DNA from: the human T2T-CHM13v2.0 reference genome, Homo sapiens
DNA length: 64,000 nucleotides
Direction: 5' to 3' (one strand)
Assembly (NCBI RefSeq): GCF_009914755.1
Contig: NC_060931.1
Shown here: positions 61,096 through 64,000 of the stretch, one piece after another
Layout: every line of letters begins with the position of its first letter
Position numbering within the stretch: the stretch's first letter is position 1
Made by a program: the position numbers and the translations under genes
Notes under the pieces: generated by a model
Database searches by the model: none
Told to the model about the DNA's origin: nothing
What the model saw: only the letters and a program-made list of their open reading frames with translations

Positions 61096-61122
61096 AGGGA
61101 AGAGAGCATGGTATTTGAGTTA

Positions 61123-61420
61123 CAGTTGTGTTGTCTAATATAGAAGCCACTAGCTACATATGGCTGTTAAGCTAGTGAAATGTGGCTATTCCAAATAGAG
61201 AAGTACTCTAAGTATAAAATACACTGGATTTTGATGACTTGGTGTGAAAAAGAGAATATAATTTTTTTTAGATATTTTACATTGATTGCATGTTGAAATT
61301 ATACTTTTGATGTATTGGGTTAAATAAAGTATACTATTAGATGAATTTCTCTTTGTTAAACTTTAAAAAAATGTGCCTACTAGAAAAAATATACCTACAT
61401 TTATGTGGTTGACATCCTGC
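61123..61420. mobile_element. MER33/MER3-type hAT fossil
   Basis: tgtctaatatagaagccactagctacatatggctgtt...aaatgtggcta. Confidence 0.7.
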
Positions 61421-61681
61421 TGAGTCAGACATCTGCCTTTGATTCCCCGATCAGCTCAGTACTGTTGCATAATAATGGCTAACACTTGGAGTACTCATTA
61501 AGTGGCAAGTCCTCTCCTAAGCACGTTACCTATGCTAAAACATTTCATCCTTACAAACAACCCTGTGAGGAATCGTTTTTCCAGATGAATAATTTGAGAC
61601 ACAGAACGGTCAAGAAACTTGCCAAAGGCTACAGATCTGGTGAGTAGAAGAGCAATTAGGCTTTTAAAGCTGTAACTAATC

Positions 61682-61862
61682 CAGTGGCTCTCAAACCTAC
61701 ATGTACATCACAGTCACCTGCAGGGCTCTTTAAAACACAAATCTCTGAGCCCCCAGGGGTTTTGACTCGGTAGATGGGGCATAACCTGAGACTGTGCATC
61801 TCTACCAAATTGTCAGGTGATGTTGATGCTGCTGACTCGAGGACCACATTTTGAGAACTGTT
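61682..61862. mobile_element. MER5A
   Basis: cagtggctctcaaac ... ggaccacattttgagaactg TIR-like ends. Confidence 0.8.
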
Positions 61863-61939
61863 GGCCTAATCAGTTTACTACACCACCCCTCTCCAACCTT
61901 AATAAAGTCCTCAGCCTTTCTGAATCATAACTGTAGTTC

Positions 61940-63400
61940 TTACATTTACCTCATATGCTGTAAAATTCACCATTTTAAGGTGCACAACTCAGTGTTTTTT
62001 ACTATCTTCACAGCTCTGCAACTACCATCATTAATTCCAGAACATTTCCATCACTCCAAAAAGAAACTCAATACCCATTAGCAATCACTGCTGACTCCTG
62101 TCTCCCCCAACCCAGGAAACAACTAATCTATTTTCTTTCTCTATTGATTTGCCTATTTTGGACTTTTCATATAGATGGAGTCATATAACGTGGCTTTTTG
62201 TGTCTGACTTCTTTTCCTAGCATCATGTGTTCAAGGTTCATCCATACTGTAGTGTATATCAATACTTCATTTTTTGACTGAATAATATACACTTGCATGG
62301 GCATACCTTATCAGTTGATGCACATTTTGGGTAGCGTACATTTTTGGCTATTATGAATTTCTATGAACATATATAGGTTATAAGTATGACAGGGTCCAGT
62401 AGGAGTGGAAATGCTGGCTTTTATGGTAACTATGTTTAACTTTTTGAGGAACTGCCAAACTGTTATCAAAGTGCTGCTCCATTGTATATCCCCATCAGAA
62501 ATGTATGAGAGTTCCAGTTTTTCCACAACCTTAGCAATACTTGCCATTGCTCATCTTTTTATCATAGCTATCCTAGTGGGTGTGAAGTAGTATTTTACTG
62601 TGGTTTTGATTTGCATTTTCCTAATTTCTAATTGTGCATTGTTTTATGTGCTTATTGGACATTTGTGTATCTTGTTTGAAAAGATGTCTATTGAAAGCCT
62701 TTGCTCTTTTTTTTTTTCAAGAGACAAGATCTCACTCAGTCACCCAGGCTGGAGTGCAGTGGCACAATCACGGCTCACTGCAGCCTTGATCTGGGCTCAA
62801 GCCATCCTCCTGCCTCAGCTGAGTGGCTGGGACTACAAGGATGTGCCATCATATCCTAATTTTTAAATTTTTTTGTAGAGACTGGGTCTTGCTATATTTC
62901 CCAGAATGGTCTCAAGCTCCTGGCCTCAAGGGATCCTCCCATTTTGGCCTCCCAAAGTGCTGGGATTACAGGTGTGATCTACCACACCTAGCTTCATTTT
63001 TAAATTGGGTTATTTATCTTTTTATTGTTGAGTTATAAGAGTTCTTTATATATGCATACAGGTCCTTTACCAGATGTATGATTTGCAAATCATTTCTTCT
63101 GTTCTGTGGGTTGCCTTTTTGCTGTCTTGATGGTGTCCATTGAGGCAGAATGTTTTTAATGTTTATGAAGTCCAATTTATCTAATTTTTCTTTTATGACT
63201 TGTGTTCTTGGGTCATATCTAGAAACCAATGACTAATCCAACGTCATGAAGATTTACTCCTATGCTTTCTTCTGTGAAATCGTAATCCTTACATCTAAGT
63301 CTGTGATCTATTTTGAATTAATTTTTCTGTGTGGTGTGAGATATGAATCCAACTCCATTCTTTTTCATGTGGCTATCCACTTATCTCAGCACTATTTGTT
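61940..63400 (-). mobile_element. Old L1MB-like fragment interrupted by an AluJ
   Basis: aaaattcaccattttaagg...ttccagaacatttccatcactcc...tttttgaggaactgccaaactg. Confidence 0.85.
62707..62993 (-). mobile_element. AluJ nested in L1M
   Basis: polyT then gcacaatcacggctcactgcagccttga...ctgggattacagg. Confidence 0.9.
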
Positions 63401-64000
63401 GATCACAGGTTCCTTTTATAATTTAAGAATGTTTTATAGTCTGCATTAATTATAATATTTTTATTAATATTAATTACAATATGTTTTTTTCCTCTCTAGG
63501 TGCTTGCCTGCTATGCTGTCAAAGCTTTGTGAGCACTGTAATTAGAACAAAATGGATGTCCTTGGAATTAAAACCCCAAGTCAGTAATGATTGACCACAA
63601 AGTAGACTTGTTCAATTGCACCCCATCATTCACTGTTATATAATACCAAGTACCAAGATTCTTACCATTATTATGTCATCCTATATTAATTCTTTCATTC
63701 ACACATATAGGATGAAAAACAAAGGAATGTTTATCCTATATAATGTTCCTTTATGATTTTTGTAATACCATTTTACTGTTGTTTATGCCTATAGCACCCA
63801 TTCGACTGATGTTATAAATACAAATTTGAAATGTGGTGAGTTGCTTCCATATACTGTTGTAGTAATTGAATATAGAGAACAGACCAAAATCAGATGAATG
63901 CTAGAAAACAAACAAAAATGGGGGAAAAGAGGCAAGCTCTACCTAATTGGGACTGATAGCAATTAGTACATTATATATACACGGATGCTTCCTTTTCATA

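Noticed and set aside
55890-63505. Isolated strong splice-like sites upstream of SEM1 (AAG|gtaagt on minus at ~55900; tttcctctctag|G on plus at ~63500)
   Set aside because: Cannot be paired into supported exons from sequence alone; a divergent lncRNA needs transcript data.

Overview
Primate (human-like) genomic DNA, not prokaryotic. The one well-supported gene is SEM1 (DSS1/SHFM1; 26S proteasome lid subunit, BRCA2 and TREX-2 partner) on the minus strand. I assembled it by hand from three coding exons the ORF track misses: 47406-47331, 32534-32441 and 26609-26567. They give the 70-aa protein [70 protein letters not shown]. It has a CpG-island promoter near 47.1-47.6 kb and an AATAAA at 26428-26423. 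The rest is mostly interspersed repeats: L1PA/L1M, Alu, MIR, L2, MaLR/ERVL LTRs, a full THE1B-like provirus, MER/Tigger fossils and a 42-nt 5S rRNA pseudogene. Almost all listed ORFs are repeat-derived or chance. I see no wholly new multi-gene system. The best leads are: (i) candidate alternative SEM1 exons, including one that would add a transmembrane-like tail or act as a poison exon, and an LTR-derived last exon ending in -FLCC; (ii) a ~370-bp near-perfect fold-back duplication 5 kb upstream of the promoter; (iii) a compound twin-primed L1 with an internal duplication and a hairpin insertion; (iv) candidate enhancer motif clusters. Repeat subfamily names are by eye and their boundaries are approximate.
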